Below are positions 43,657-45,001 of a stretch of DNA of 45,001 nucleotides, in pieces. The DNA is from a virus (Duplodnaviria > Caudoviricetes): positions 1 through 45,001 of IMG/VR virus record IMGVR_UViG_3300025676_000029. One strand, written 5' to 3'. Each line of letters opens with the position of its first letter. Within the stretch, counting starts at the first letter, position 1. A model generated the notes under the pieces. The model searched no databases, was not told the DNA's origin, and was given only the letters and a program-made list of their open reading frames with translations. The position numbers and the translations under genes are program-made.

Positions 43657-45001
43657 ATGAAATGGATAGGCCAACATATATTTGACCTAAAAAGTAAATT
43701 TAGGAATGACGTAGATATTACGGGTGACGTAACTATTACTGGCACGTTGGATGTGTCGGGGATAAGTACGTCTGCGACACATTTTGTTTTAGGCGATGAC
43801 GATAAAATCAAGCTTGGTACCGGGGATGACGGTGAAATATATGTAAATGGCGACGACCTATATATTAAAAATGTAACATCTGACAAAGATATAATTTTTA
43901 GTATTAACGACGGTGGTACTCCCGCTGAGGTCATGCGTATTGATGGTAGTACTAGTAGAGTCGGCATTGGAACGACTTCACCTAGCCAATTGTTAGAGCT
44001 AAAAGCAGCGAATCCGAGACTAAGACTAATTAATTCAGATGATAACGAAAGAGTAGAAATTGGAGATAGTGCTGGGAATGGAGGTTTTTTGGATTTAACA
44101 AACAATGCTAACACTAAAAATATTATTCTACGCTCATACGGAATTAGTTATTTTAACGGCGGTAACGTCGGCATCGGAACGGATTCGCCTTCAAAAAAAT
44201 TACACATAAGTCAGACCGCTGATAGTAGCGGTATAAGAGTTACAGGATATGATAATGAAAACAATTCGCATTTAGATTTATATGTAGATAATTGGGGTAA
44301 CGACTATATCACATCAACTGAATTTTTAGGAATTCATTCTGGGGGTTCTGCAAGGTTAAGAGCTAGTAGTGGTTATTTAAGATTAGAATCGTATGGTGCG
44401 AGTAATCAAATCCAAATAGATAGTGGGTATATTAAAATGCTTACATCAGATACTGAGCACTTGCGCATTATATCTAGTGGTAACGTCGGTATCGGAACGA
44501 CAAGTCCTGGCGAAAAACTGCATATTGTAGGAGATTTAAAAATTGCAACTAACGCTGACGCTGGAGTTATACACTTTGGAGATACAAGTGATGAAACCAA
44601 AATAGTAGGATATGACTCGAGTGATTCAAACACAAGATTTGATTTTTTTACATCTGGCACAAAAAGACTAACTATTCTTGACAGTGGAAACGTCGGTATT
44701 GGAACGGCTTCACCCGCATCAACTTCTAAGCTGCATATTGTTGGAGGGAATGCAGTAGGTGGCGCTATTTTACAGAATACAAACGCTACGCTAACGTCAG
44801 AGAGCTTTACTAACTTAGGTCGACCACAACTTCAGTTAGCGATGCGTAACGCAAACGGATATGTTGGAGGATTGCATGTCTATAAAAGCGGTATGGATAC
44901 TGGTGCGTTTTTAACCTCCACATCGTCAACAAGAGGAGTTTGGTCTGTTGGCGCACGTCAACACACAAGTACTAGCTCTAATGACTTCTTTATCTTTCAA
45001 T
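43657..45001 (+). CDS. Tail fibre protein with GNVGIGT-x-SP repeats (3'-truncated; absent from the ORF track)
   Basis: ATG at 43657 (MKWIGQHIFDLKSKFRNDV...); my translation stays open to the window end, with VGIGT repeats at 43960, 44161, 44479 and 44686. Confidence 0.85.
   Translation, partial: MKWIGQHIFDLKSKFRNDVDITGDVTITGTLDVSGISTSATHFVLGDDDKIKLGTGDDGEIYVNGDDLYIKNVTSDKDIIFSINDGGTPAEVMRIDGSTSRVGIGTTSPSQLLELKAANPRLRLINSDDNERVEIGDSAGNGGFLDLTNNANTKNIILRSYGISYFNGGNVGIGTDSPSKKLHISQTADSSGIRVTGYDNENNSHLDLYVDNWGNDYITSTEFLGIHSGGSARLRASSGYLRLESYGASNQIQIDSGYIKMLTSDTEHLRIISSGNVGIGTTSPGEKLHIVGDLKIATNADAGVIHFGDTSDETKIVGYDSSDSNTRFDFFTSGTKRLTILDSGNVGIGTASPASTSKLHIVGGNAVGGAILQNTNATLTSESFTNLGRPQLQLAMRNANGYVGGLHVYKSGMDTGAFLTSTSSTRGVWSVGARQHTSTSSNDFFIFQ
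43957..44730 (+). repeat. Four dispersed GNVGIGTxSP fibre repeat junctions
   Basis: Nucleotide core gtcggYatYggaacg is conserved in all four copies. Confidence 0.8.

Noticed and set aside
830-44660. Numerous short minus-strand and out-of-frame ORFs in the track
   Set aside because: All lie within long + strand genes, have shadow-like composition and show no motifs. The 43632-44114 and 44406-44660 ORFs are antisense to the tail fibre.
43957-44730. CRISPR array or diversity-generating retroelement TR/VR repeats
   Set aside because: The repeats are short, in-frame, irregularly spaced protein repeats. No adenine-specific mismatch pattern and no reverse transcriptase or cas gene is present in the window.
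1-45001. Stop-codon reassignment as seen in some crAss-like phages
   Set aside because: The standard code already gives very long, tightly packed ORFs with no fragmented genes.

Overview
The whole 45 kb window is the co-oriented (+ strand) virion morphogenesis, DNA-ejection and lysis region of a tailed dsDNA phage with podovirus-type architecture. The likely host is Bacteroidota (Flavobacteria-like); this is inferred from the gene order and from AT-rich leaders without Shine-Dalgarno sites. Gene order: LamG/CBM-like appendage proteins, GroES-like co-chaperonin, putative TerS, TerL, portal, scaffold, major capsid, tail ring/adaptor proteins, a greatly expanded 2804 aa tail stabilization (muzzle-like) protein, a GNAT, three putative ejection/cargo proteins (286, 711 and 3848 aa), a lysis cassette, three paralogous small beta-rich proteins and a 3'-truncated tail fibre that is missing from the ORF track. 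The most notable element is the 3848 aa polyvalent protein. After a zincin HExxH metallopeptidase it carries four effector-like modules of about 390-450 aa: sigma70 region 2-like, PD-(D/E)XK nuclease-like, HAD phosphatase with a P-loop kinase nested inside it, and PcfJ-like. Each module is bounded by a recurring K-[FYL]-S-K motif, which suggests an injected, possibly self-processing polyprotein. All domain calls come from motif recognition by eye and need HMM or structure confirmation.
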